Source of the DNA: Acidobacteriota bacterium
GTDB taxonomy: Bacteria; Acidobacteriota; Polarisedimenticolia; JAPUKU01
DNA: 64,000 nt
Assembly: GCA_027295505.1 (NCBI GenBank)
Contig: JAPUKU010000045.1
Span: 20,586 to 84,585 of the forward strand
Direction of reading: 5' to 3'
The position numbers and the translations under genes were made by a program. The notes under the pieces are model-generated. The model ran no database searches. It worked only from the letters and a program-made list of their open reading frames with translations, and was not told the origin of the DNA. Of this stretch, positions 18,305-29,040 are shown piece after piece. How positions within the stretch are numbered: the first letter of the stretch is position 1; every line of letters starts with the position of its first letter.

Positions 18305-18988
18305 TTACGGTCCGGACGCAGGCTCCGTGCTGCGTGCCAACGGCGTCAGGCCTCCCCGTACATGATCTCCGACGCTCACTTGCCATTCTACTGGATCCCG
18401 GAAAAGCACTTCAACGCGGGAACCCATGCGGATCAGGCCTACCTTCTCGCCAGCGCTGACCCGATCTCCGGGCTGCTTCCAGGCTATGATGCGGCGGGCC
18501 AGCACACCCGATATCTGCCGAAAGAGGATAGCGCTGTTCTGTCCCTGCAACCACCATGTAAAGCGTGTGTTCTCCTCGCTGGCCCGCGGGTGGAACGCAG
18601 CGTGAAATCGCCCCGGGCGGTGTTCGATGCGCTCGATGCGCGCAGAGATCGGCGAGCGGTTGACGTGCACGTCCCAGATCGACAAAAAGATGGCAATGCG
18701 CTTGCCGAATCCAAGAGCGCGTCCCTCCTCATCTGCCTCACCCATCTCCACCACCCGGCCGTCCGCGGGAGAAAGCACGAGCCTGGGATCCTCGGGGGGC
18801 GTACGCTTCGGGTCCCGGAAGAAGAACCCCACACTTGCTGCAAGCAGGACCACGACCATTGCGGCCGGAATCCACCCGATCCACACCAGGGTCACGGCCA
18901 CCACTGCCATCACCGCAACCGCCACGTACCCGTCTCTAACCATCTCAACCGCCTCTCGAGCCTCGTTCTCCGAAATCAGCTGGCACAA
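18305..18988 (-). CDS. psd: phosphatidylserine decarboxylase (short, archaeal-type Psd proenzyme)
   Basis: N-terminal TM anchor, PSD-family motifs (LSPADGRV, FLSIWDVHVNRSPI), and a C-terminal GS site in IRMGSRVEV for self-cleavage and pyruvoyl formation. Confidence 0.8.
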   Translation of the reverse strand: MCQLISENEAREAVEMVRDGYVAVAVMAVVAVTLVWIGWIPAAMVVVLLAASVGFFFRDPKRTPPEDPRLVLSPADGRVVEMGEADEEGRALGFGKRIAIFLSIWDVHVNRSPISARIERIEHRPGRFHAAFHPRASEENTRFTWWLQGQNSAILFRQISGVLARRIIAWKQPGDRVSAGEKVGLIRMGSRVEVLFRDPVEWQVSVGDHVRGGLTPLARSTEPASGP

Positions 18989-19039
18989 AAAAGGGGCCTT
19001 GCGGGCCCCTCAATTCTAGCGCCTTCGTGGGCGATCTCC

Positions 19040-19279
19040 TCAGCCAGTCGCCAGATGTCTGTTCTCATCCAGCCGTTGGGCAATAACCGCCATTTGATCT
19101 TTCAGCGCCAGCTTCTCTTTCTTGAGCCGACTCTGTTCCATTTCTTCCTTGGGGATCAGGTGATGCCGACTTTGAAGCTCCTGGAGCCGGCCTTTGCATC
19201 GCCTGTGTTTCTCCGCCAGCCGTCGGTAATCCTCATCCTGCTCCAGGATGGCATTCGGGTCGGTTTTGGGAGCTCCCAT
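19040..19279 (-). CDS. DUF465 (YdcH-like) small protein
   Basis: 79 aa with the hallmark LKKEKLALKDQM (compare E. coli YdcH MKKQKLQLKDEM). Confidence 0.55.
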   Translation of the reverse strand: MGAPKTDPNAILEQDEDYRRLAEKHRRCKGRLQELQSRHHLIPKEEMEQSRLKKEKLALKDQMAVIAQRLDENRHLATG

Positions 19280-19413
19280 CGAGGCACCTCCTATTGCTGC
19301 TAAGGTTTCATGGAATTGTCACGACTCTGCACATTCTGCTGTTTCCTCGGGCCAGTATAGCACCGGCAGCCGGCGGGCATCAAGCCGCACGGAATCGCAT
19401 AAATCCTTAAAAA

Positions 19414-19905
19414 TCAACGAGTTTCACTGCCCATCCAATCGTGGCCCCGGCGTGTCGTTGGCCGGAGCCTGAGACTGGCGCTCATGACCAGAGCGTCTTC
19501 CAGATCGTCGGGATAATACCTTCTGCGAAGCCCGACGGTGTGAAATCCCTGGTGGCGGTAGAGGCGCCGTGCCTGCTGATTGCTCAGCCGAACTTCCAGC
19601 AGGGCGTGCTCGCACCCGAGCTTCCGGCCCATATCAAGCGCCGCTTGGAGCAGGCGGGTGCCAAGGCCCCGGCGCCGATGTGAAGGATGAACGGCCAAGT
19701 TGTTGATCCAGAGTTCGCCCTGCACCCGCCACACACATACGTAACCCATCAGGGGCGCCACGCCTTCGCGCCCCCGGGCACGGACGACAAGTGGGTAGGA
19801 TCGTCCCGTGTTCTCGACTTCCACCATGAATGAGGACCGGCTCCAGGGTGTGGTGAAGCAAGCCTGCTCGATCTCCAGGACCTCAGACAGATCGGAGCGA
19901 TTCAT
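19414..19905 (-). CDS. rimI: ribosomal-protein-alanine N-acetyltransferase RimI (GNAT)
   Basis: GNAT acetyl-CoA motif (HRRRGLGTRLL) and a RimI-like N-terminus (MNRSDLSEVLEIEQACFTTPWS). Its ATG overlaps the tsaB stop in an ATGA arrangement. Confidence 0.8.
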   Translation of the reverse strand: MNRSDLSEVLEIEQACFTTPWSRSSFMVEVENTGRSYPLVVRARGREGVAPLMGYVCVWRVQGELWINNLAVHPSHRRRGLGTRLLQAALDMGRKLGCEHALLEVRLSNQQARRLYRHQGFHTVGLRRRYYPDDLEDALVMSASLRLRPTTRRGHDWMGSETR

Positions 19906-20600
19906 GCGCTGGATGTCAAACGCGACGGACGCCAACGCCTTCTCCTTTCAGCATCGCTGGGGCGGATGTAAAGCGGGCGCAGGCTCTCTGGATCAGGCTT
20001 TACACCCGCTGCGGCGAGTCGGGCCCAGGCACGCGCTGCGTCCGCAGCCAGGTGCGGGCGGTGCCCCACCACCCGGAACTCCGGCCCCCTTGTTTCGATC
20101 TCCCCACGGTAGCGCTTTGCACCCGAGCCCAAAAAGGCGCCCGGCAACGCCTGCGCTGCCGCACGAGCGTAGCTCAGGAGCTCATACTGGGTCTCCAGTT
20201 CCCATTCACCCCGGCTCTTACGATACCCCGCTGTATAGACTTCCTCTCGGTTTGCGTCGATCCACACGCTCACTCGCAAAAGGTCCGCCGGCGCCTGCCT
20301 GGCTAGCAGATCCAGGGCGCTGAAACCCACGGCGGGCTTACCCGCCGCCATCGCCAGCCCGCGGGCCGTTGCCAGGCCGACGCGAAGGCCGGTGAACGAG
20401 CCGGGCCCGCGCACCGCCGCAAGACCGTCCACACTCTCCATGCTCAGCCCGGTCATCGTCATGACACGGTCAAGCGCCGGGAGCACCTCCCGGCTCGGTC
20501 GCGCGCCCTCCTCCAGTCGTTCCTCGGCCAGCAGCTCACCATCGCGGATCAGAGCGACGCTGCTCATGGGCCCGGAGGCATCGATGCCGACAACTACCAT
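19902..20600 (-). CDS. tsaB: tRNA threonylcarbamoyladenosine biosynthesis protein TsaB (YeaZ)
   Basis: N-terminus MVVVGIDASGPMSSVALIRDGELL.. and GPGSFTGLRVGLATARGLA, typical of TsaB; follows the conserved tsaB-rimI order. Confidence 0.85.
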   Translation of the reverse strand: MVVVGIDASGPMSSVALIRDGELLAEERLEEGARPSREVLPALDRVMTMTGLSMESVDGLAAVRGPGSFTGLRVGLATARGLAMAAGKPAVGFSALDLLARQAPADLLRVSVWIDANREEVYTAGYRKSRGEWELETQYELLSYARAAAQALPGAFLGSGAKRYRGEIETRGPEFRVVGHRPHLAADAARAWARLAAAGVKPDPESLRPLYIRPSDAERRRRWRPSRLTSSA

Positions 20601-20664
20601 GAATACGTATTGTATCCCGTAGAGAGTTCGGCGGAGGCGGCGGCCGTAGGCAGGGGGGGCAGCT

Positions 20665-21900
20665 TCAGGAGCGGGGCGTCGGGGCCAGCGGCCTGGCGGG
20701 GTCGAGTTGTTCACGGCGCAGGAATTCGGCGATCTCCGATTCCTGTTGTTCCCACTGGAACAGGAAGATCACACCGATTTCGTAGCGCGGAGCTGGAGGG
20801 GTCACTTCCAGTTCCTCAACCCGGACCACGCGCGCCTGCACTGTGAGGGTCGCACCACCATCCGAGCTCGTACAGACGATCTGCAGGACCTGTCCGAGAG
20901 GGTACGCGGTGTCACTCTCAAACAACATCCCACTGCGGGATATGTTCTTGGCCTGCAATCCTGAATCGGCGGGACCGGGAGCGACTGAATCCAGCGCCTG
21001 CACGCTGAACTTGCGCCGGCGGGTGTCGAAGCGGATATAGTCGCGCTTCTCACGGAAGAAAACGCTGACCCGGTTCTTGCCTCTTGCCTTGGCCTGATAA
21101 AGTGCCTCAGCAGCGGCCAGAATCAGTTTTTCGCCCACCCCCGCATCCGAGGGGTACTCCGCGATCCCTGCTGACAGCGTCAGGCGGACTGCTTTCCCGG
21201 CGTGCTCGCGGCGCAGGAAGTGCTGCTCAACCGCCGAGCGGATGCGCTCGCCAACCACGTAGGCCCCCATGCGCTCCGTTTCTGGCAACGACACCAGGAA
21301 CTCCTCACCACTCCAGCGTGCCGCCACGTCGATGTCCCGCACCTTGTTCTTGATGAGCACCGCGACCTCCTTGAGCAGCAGATCGGGAACGGCATGGCCG
21401 AACCGTTCACGCAGGTAGCGGAAATTGTCGATGTCAAGGTAAAGCAACGAAAAGACCAGACCGAAGCGCTTGCAGCGCCTGAGCTCGGTACGCAGACATG
21501 TACGGAAGAAATGCTGATTGTACAGGCCCGTTAACCAGTCGTTGCTGGCCGTACGCTGAGCGTGCTCGTACATCCCGAGCTCGATGATCTTGGGGCTCAC
21601 AATTCTGCGGTTGATGTTCATGAAGTAATCGAACACCGCCAAGCGCACCCCGACCGGGCGCCCTGTCTGGCGACGGAGCTGAACATGGTGCCGGAGAATC
21701 GCCTCCCAGTGCTGACGGGCCTCTTTCTGATCGAAAGAGATCTGGGTCAGCGAGAGGAGCAGAGCTGAGTGGGCCGGGATTCCCTTTTCGGCGCAGATGT
21801 GGTCGAGCTCCTCTAGAACGCGGTTCGCGTTGTGCATGTCCTCGTCCAGCAAGTCCAAGAGCTGCTGGCGGATCTGGGCGGGATCGTGGGTTTCAATCAT
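20665..21900 (-). CDS. diguanylate cyclase (GGDEF, SGEEF variant) fused to a C-terminal PilZ domain
   Basis: GGDEF domain with an I-site RDID and an SGEEF signature. C-terminal PilZ motifs (RFDTRRR..., NISRSG), preceded by an unknown N-terminal domain of about 130 aa. Confidence 0.8.
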   Translation of the reverse strand: MIETHDPAQIRQQLLDLLDEDMHNANRVLEELDHICAEKGIPAHSALLLSLTQISFDQKEARQHWEAILRHHVQLRRQTGRPVGVRLAVFDYFMNINRRIVSPKIIELGMYEHAQRTASNDWLTGLYNQHFFRTCLRTELRRCKRFGLVFSLLYLDIDNFRYLRERFGHAVPDLLLKEVAVLIKNKVRDIDVAARWSGEEFLVSLPETERMGAYVVGERIRSAVEQHFLRREHAGKAVRLTLSAGIAEYPSDAGVGEKLILAAAEALYQAKARGKNRVSVFFREKRDYIRFDTRRRKFSVQALDSVAPGPADSGLQAKNISRSGMLFESDTAYPLGQVLQIVCTSSDGGATLTVQARVVRVEELEVTPPAPRYEIGVIFLFQWEQQESEIAEFLRREQLDPARPLAPTPRS

Positions 21901-22121
21901 GGCTGTGGACGCGCGTCTATATTTAATGCGCGCCCAAGCCAGCGTCAAACTCGACAGGATGGCCAGCGTAGGTTTTTTTCCACAGAGTGGTAATTTTTTT
22001 GACAGGGGGCGGTGCCAGGACTATATTAGGTCACGCGCCGTCGTAACCTACGGTGTCTATGGGAGTTGTTCCCACAACCCCGTGGGTTCAGGCGGCCAGC
22101 CCAGGTAGGAGGATGCCAATT

Positions 22122-24185
22122 ATGCCCACCGGTCTCGGAATTCTCAACGTCATCGGCGAAATGCAGGACTTGCGGGGATTCCGCGAGCAGCATTGGGAAG
22201 GCGGCTTCGAGGAATACCTGGATATTGTCCAGAAGCATCCCGAGGTCGCACGCTCCGCGTTCCAGCGCGTCTACGACATGATCCTCGCGAAGGGCACCCG
22301 GGAATACTTCGAGTACAAGAAGAAAATTATCCACTACAACTTCTTCGATGATCCGGACCGTGATGGCAGGGACGCGGTCTACGGCCTCGACATCCCTCTC
22401 ATGAAAATGGTCAACATCTTCAAGGCTGCCGCCAACCGCTACGGCACCGAAAAACGAGTGTTGCTGCTGCACGGTCCGGTCGGCTCGGCGAAGAGCACGA
22501 TTGTGCGCCTGCTTAAGAAGGGTCTCGAGGACTACACGCGCACGCCCGAAGGCGCCCTGTACACGTTTCGCTGGATGCTCGAGGACACCGGCGGCCGCAA
22601 GGCCACCGCCGATATTCATGAGTTTCCGTGCCCCATGTTCGAAGATCCGCTGCACCTCATTCCGTCCGAGAGCCGGCAGAAAGTGCTGGATATGCTCAAC
22701 CACAACCTGCCTCCCGAGCGGCGCGTCGTTGTGGCCGGAGACCTTTGCCCCGCATGCCGGCAATACTTCAAAGAGTTCAACCTGCGCTACAACGGTGATT
22801 GGATCAAGATCATTCAGCACATTCGCGTCCAGCGGCTGACCCTGAGCGAGAAGGACCGCGTGGGCATCGGCACCTTTCAGCCGAAAGACGAAAAGAACCA
22901 GGACTCGACCGAGCTCACCGGCGACATCAATTACCGGAAGATCGCTGAGTACGGATCGGATTCGGACCCGCGGGCGTTCAACTTTGACGGAGAGTTCAAT
23001 GTTGCGAACCGCGGCCTCGTCGAATTCATCGAGGTCCTGAAGCTCGACGTGGCTTTCCTATATGACCTGCTCGGCGCCTCTCAGGAGCACAAGGTCAAGC
23101 CCAAGAAGTTCGCCCAGACCGACATTGATGAGGTCATCATTGGCCACACGAACGAGCCAGAATACCGCCGGCTCCAGAACAATGAGTTCATGGAGGCCCT
23201 GCGTGACCGCACGGTCAAGATTGACGTGCCCTACATCACCAAACTCGACCAGGAGGTTAAGATCTATCTGAAGGACTACTGCCCCGACCGCATTCGTGGC
23301 AAGCACATAGCCCCTCACACCATTGAGATGGCAGCCATGTGGGCAGTCCTCACTCGTCTGGAAGATCCGAAGAAGGCCGACCTGACCCTGCTGCAGAAGC
23401 TCAAGCTGTATAACGGCAAGACACTCCCCGGCTTCACCGAGGACAACGTCAAGGAGCTCAGAAAAGAGGCGCAGCGCGAGGCCATGGAGGGCATTTCGCC
23501 GCGCTACATTCAGGACAAGATTTCCAATGCTCTGGTCTCGGAACGCGGCGACGGATGCGTCAACCCCTTCATGGTGCTGAACGAGCTGGAGAGCGGACTC
23601 CGCCACCACTCCCTGATCAACAGCGAGGACGTGCGCAAGCGTTACCGCGACCTTCTGCAGGTGACCAAGCAGGAGTACGAGGACATCACCAAGAACGAGG
23701 TCCAACGCGCCATTTCGGCCGACGAGGAGTCGATCTCGCGCCTGTGCGGCAACTACATCGACAACATCAAGGCCTACACGCAAAAAGAAAAAGTGCGTAA
23801 CAAGTACACCGGCCAGGACGAGGAGCCGGTTGAGCGCCTGATGCGGTCAATCGAGGAAAAGATCGACATCCCGGAGAATCGCAAGGAGGATTTCCGCCGG
23901 GAGATCATGAACTACATTGGCGCTCTGGCGGTCGAAGGAAAAACGTTCAACTACCGCACGAATGAGCGCCTGCACAAGGCTCTCGAGCTCAAGCTCTTCG
24001 AGGATCAGAAGGATTCGATCAAACTCACCAGCCTGGTCTCCAGTGTCGTCGACCGCGACACCCAGGAGAAGATTGACGTCGTCAAGGCGCGGCTCATCAA
24101 GGATTACGGCTATTGTGAGGTCTGCTCCACCGACGTCCTCAACTACATCGCCAGCATCTTCGCGCGTGGCGACGTGAAGAGCTGA
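22122..24185 (+). CDS. prkA: PrkA-family AAA+ serine protein kinase
   Basis: Collinear with PrkA/YeaG ([24 protein letters not shown]; Walker [12 protein letters not shown]). I preferred the ATG at 22122 because AGGAGG lies 9 nt upstream of it. Confidence 0.9.
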   Translation: MPTGLGILNVIGEMQDLRGFREQHWEGGFEEYLDIVQKHPEVARSAFQRVYDMILAKGTREYFEYKKKIIHYNFFDDPDRDGRDAVYGLDIPLMKMVNIFKAAANRYGTEKRVLLLHGPVGSAKSTIVRLLKKGLEDYTRTPEGALYTFRWMLEDTGGRKATADIHEFPCPMFEDPLHLIPSESRQKVLDMLNHNLPPERRVVVAGDLCPACRQYFKEFNLRYNGDWIKIIQHIRVQRLTLSEKDRVGIGTFQPKDEKNQDSTELTGDINYRKIAEYGSDSDPRAFNFDGEFNVANRGLVEFIEVLKLDVAFLYDLLGASQEHKVKPKKFAQTDIDEVIIGHTNEPEYRRLQNNEFMEALRDRTVKIDVPYITKLDQEVKIYLKDYCPDRIRGKHIAPHTIEMAAMWAVLTRLEDPKKADLTLLQKLKLYNGKTLPGFTEDNVKELRKEAQREAMEGISPRYIQDKISNALVSERGDGCVNPFMVLNELESGLRHHSLINSEDVRKRYRDLLQVTKQEYEDITKNEVQRAISADEESISRLCGNYIDNIKAYTQKEKVRNKYTGQDEEPVERLMRSIEEKIDIPENRKEDFRREIMNYIGALAVEGKTFNYRTNERLHKALELKLFEDQKDSIKLTSLVSSVVDRDTQEKIDVVKARLIKDYGYCEVCSTDVLNYIASIFARGDVKS

Positions 24186-24207
24186 GGGGGAGACCTCTCG
24201 TCCTGCA

Positions 24208-25310
24208 ATGGCGCTCCGGATCGACCAGGACCATAACCGCTTTCGTCAGATCGTCCGCGGCCGCATCAAGCGTGACCTCAAGAAGTACATCACGCACAGC
24301 GAGCTGATCGGACGTCGCGGCAAAAATCTCGTCAGCATTCCCCTGCCCCAGATCGATATTCCTCATTTCACCTTCTCCCCCCACCAGCGCACAGGCGTCG
24401 GCCAGGGAGAGGGCGAGGTCGGCACCGTGCTCGGTTCTGGTGAGCCGCAGGACGGCACCGGCAAGGCCGGTGATGCTCCCGGCGCACACATCCTGGAGGT
24501 GGATGTCACGCTCGAGGAACTGGCCAGGATTCTTGGAGAGGAACTGGAACTACCCGACATTCAGAATCGCGGCACCAAGAACATCGCCTCCGACAAAGAC
24601 CGTTACACGGGAATTGCCCGCTCGGGCCCCGAATCCCTGCGGCATTTTCGCCGCACGTACCAGCAGGCGCTCAAGCGGCAGATTGCCGCCAACCTGTACG
24701 ATCCCACCAACCCGAAGATCATCCCCATCCGGGAAGATCGCCGATACCGATCCTGGAAGGTGTCCAAGCAGCCGCAGAGCAACGCGGCCATCATTTACAT
24801 GATGGACGTATCCGGCTCCATGGGTGATGAACAGAAAGAGATCGTACGTATTGAATCGTTCTGGATCGACACTTGGCTGCGCTCCCAGTACAAGGGAATC
24901 GACGTGCGCTACATCATCCATGACGCGGAGGCACACGAGGTCGATGAGGAGACATTTTTTCACACTCGCGAGAGCGGCGGCACGGTGATAAGCAGCGCCT
25001 ACAAACTCTCCGAGCAGTTGATCCAGAAGCACTACCCTCCCGGCGAGTGGAACCTGTATCTTTTCCACTTCAGCGATGGTGACAACTGGTCGCAGGGCGA
25101 TACGGAGGAGTGCGTACAGCTCCTGCGTGAACGGCTTCTCGCCGCGGTAAATTTGTTCTGTTACGGCCAGGTAGAAAGCCCCTACGGTACGGGGCAGTTC
25201 CTGGTCGATCTCAAGGACGTTTTCAAGGATGAGGAGAAGGTGGTTCTCTCGCAAATCGAGAACAAAGAGGCCATCTACTCTTCGATCAAGGAATTCCTGG
25301 GGAAGGGTAA

Positions 25311-25314
<4 letters not shown>
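24208..25314 (+). CDS. yeaH: YeaH/YhbH-family protein (DUF444, vWA-like)
   Basis: DUF444 hallmarks and the conserved middle position in the prkA-yeaH-spoVR operon; its stop overlaps the spoVR start in an ATGA arrangement. Confidence 0.85.
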
Positions 25315-26801
<1,487 letters not shown>

Positions 26802-26811
26802 GGCGCGATCC

Positions 26812-28539
26812 ATGAACGAGACCCGCCTCCTGCCGACGCCCCGATCCCTGGTGACTGCGAACCCGCCCCCGGCGGCTCCCGGGTTCGGCAGTCCCTCCGC
26901 GGCGACCCAGACCAAGGGCCGAGAGTACCGCAAGGTCAACACCTGCCGTCTGATCGCTTTCGCGAGCGGCAAGGGTGGGGTGGGCAAGAGCCTGCTGGTG
27001 GCGAATCTTGGCATTCAGCTCGCGCGCCAGGGCCGGCGGGTGACCCTCATTGATTGCGACGTGTTGAGCTCCACCCTCCACTCCTATCTGGGAACCGTGT
27101 GCTCAGGCAGCGGCGTGGATGAGGTTCTGGGTGGTAATTCAACTCCCCTCCGCTCCCTGGCGCGTGACACCTCGGTACCCTACCTGCGCCTAATCTCCGG
27201 ACCACGGAATCGCGCTAGAGCCCTTCCTTCAAGAGAAGTTTTGCAGTCGCTGGCCCTCGAGGCCCGCGAATTGGCCTCTGATTTCGCGATCTTTGACCTG
27301 CCCTCGGGAATGCACCCCTTCAGCCTAGATGTCTTCAGCCTTGCTGACGGCGGCGTGCTAGTGACCACGGCCGAACCGGGGTCTCTGGAGGGCGCTTTCC
27401 ATTTCGTGGAGGAGCTGGGCAAACGCCGTCTCGACGAGATGGAGTCTGACATCCGGTGTGCGGTCGAAGCAACGCTGGGCAGCTCGGCGCTCGAGCGAGG
27501 GACGGCTTCCTGCCTCGACGCGCTGGCCGAGATCGATCCCGGTCTGGTGAACCGGGTCGCCGCCCGCCTCGCCGGGCTTCGCCTGTCTTTCGTCGTGAAC
27601 CAGGTGCGGGCCGATGCCGAGGCTCAGGCAGCTCTCAACCTGCGCAGCCTGTGCCGGCACTACCTGGGGGTGGAAGTGGAGTTTACTGGAGCGGTTGAAT
27701 ACGATCTGTCCGCCTGGCAAGCCACCCGGCAGCGCAAGTCACTTTCACAGAAGTATCCGAATGCCTCGGCCACACGCAGCATCGAGCAGATGGCCGCTCT
27801 CCTCTCCTCGCGCACGGGTCCAGAGCCGGGCTCAGAACCCCGCTGGATACGCCTGGCTGAGCGCACGCACTACCAGATCCTCGAGGTGCCGCCCTCGGCC
27901 TCCCAACGCGACCTGCAGCGCGCCTACGACCGCCTACAGGCAATCGCCTCCCCCGGGATCGAGCAGCTTGGAGGTGCCATCCACAGCGAGAGGGTCAAGG
28001 CGGTGCGCTCGCGGATCGAGAACGCCCACCGCACTCTTGTATTTCTCGAACCCAGGAGGGGATACGACCGCAGCCTCGTCGCGGCCGGCATCCTGCGATC
28101 TGAGGAGTTGCGTGATCTCAGGCTCGAACTGAACGAGCCGCCCCCTCCCAAGCCCGTGGAAGGATCCTCACCCACCAGGACTCCGGACAGGAGCATGGGA
28201 AAAACCAAGAAGCGGCGGGCCGACACGGATGAGTCGCTCGAGGAAGAAGCGGCACCCCCTGCCACCTCCGGCACCCCACTTGCCTACACCGGGGCCGTCC
28301 TGGCAGCCCTGCGGCGTGAGCACGGCCTCAGCCTCGAGGCCATCGGGGCGGTGACCAAGGTGCGGATCATCCACCTGCGCTACCTCGAGGAAGAGCGCTT
28401 TGGGTCCCTGCCAGCGCTCATCTTCCTGAAGGGATTTGTGAGGGAGTACGCCCGCTGCCTGAAGCTCGATCCCGACCGTGTGTGGCAGGATTACCGGACG
28501 CGATTCGAAAACTGGAAGCGCAGCCGCAGCGAGGACTGA
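26812..28539 (+). CDS. ParA/MinD-family P-loop ATPase fused to a degenerate J-like segment and a C-terminal RodZ-type helix-turn-helix
   Basis: Deviant Walker A IAFASGKGGVGKSLLVANLG. Residues about 360-400 read HYQILEVPPSASQRDLQRAYDRLQAI, a J-domain-like helix pair lacking HPD. After a Pro/acidic linker the C-terminus reads LSLEAIGAVTKVRIIHLRYLEEERFGSLPALIFLKGFVREYARCLKLD (an HTH of the RodZ N-terminus / XRE type). Starts 10 nt after the spoVR stop. Confidence 0.7.
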   Translation: MNETRLLPTPRSLVTANPPPAAPGFGSPSAATQTKGREYRKVNTCRLIAFASGKGGVGKSLLVANLGIQLARQGRRVTLIDCDVLSSTLHSYLGTVCSGSGVDEVLGGNSTPLRSLARDTSVPYLRLISGPRNRARALPSREVLQSLALEARELASDFAIFDLPSGMHPFSLDVFSLADGGVLVTTAEPGSLEGAFHFVEELGKRRLDEMESDIRCAVEATLGSSALERGTASCLDALAEIDPGLVNRVAARLAGLRLSFVVNQVRADAEAQAALNLRSLCRHYLGVEVEFTGAVEYDLSAWQATRQRKSLSQKYPNASATRSIEQMAALLSSRTGPEPGSEPRWIRLAERTHYQILEVPPSASQRDLQRAYDRLQAIASPGIEQLGGAIHSERVKAVRSRIENAHRTLVFLEPRRGYDRSLVAAGILRSEELRDLRLELNEPPPPKPVEGSSPTRTPDRSMGKTKKRRADTDESLEEEAAPPATSGTPLAYTGAVLAALRREHGLSLEAIGAVTKVRIIHLRYLEEERFGSLPALIFLKGFVREYARCLKLDPDRVWQDYRTRFENWKRSRSED

Positions 28540-28591
28540 GCCTCGCCCGCAGTTCGACCCGCGAGACCCACCCGCGGAAGACACACCCGGT

Positions 28592-29011
28592 TCACAGGCC
28601 GATAGCCTTCTTCCAGTCGTCGGTTGGAGGCACCAGCTTTCGGGCGTTCACGTCCATCAGCGCGATGGCGAACTCCGCCACGCAGCACACCCGTCCCTTC
28701 TCGTCGAACATCTTCTGTTCGAGCCTGCCGACCAGGCGATCGTAGCCCACACACTCGGTTTCAATACGAACTTTCTGTCGCGGGAGGAGTTCCTGTCGGT
28801 AGCGAATTTTGATCTCGAGGATTGTCGGTCCCAATCCAGTTTCGCGGATCTTGGCGATCCCGTATCCATTGCTGGTCATGAGATCCCAGCGCGCGTCTTC
28901 AAGGATCTGAAAATAGAATGCATGGTTCACATGCCCAAAGGAGTCCAACTGGGATTCCCGTACCATGAATTCGAAGATCGATTTTTTACCTTTCCCGTGC
29001 GATTTTCTCAT
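28592..29011 (-). CDS. acyl-CoA thioesterase (4HBT / hot-dog fold, YbgC-like)
   Basis: 139 aa with an N-terminus ..VRESQLDSFGHVNHAFYFQILEDAR characteristic of 4HBT thioesterases. Confidence 0.7.
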   Translation of the reverse strand: MRKSHGKGKKSIFEFMVRESQLDSFGHVNHAFYFQILEDARWDLMTSNGYGIAKIRETGLGPTILEIKIRYRQELLPRQKVRIETECVGYDRLVGRLEQKMFDEKGRVCCVAEFAIALMDVNARKLVPPTDDWKKAIGL

Positions 29012-29040
29012 CCGAGGACTCCGTAATCCACAGGCTCGAG

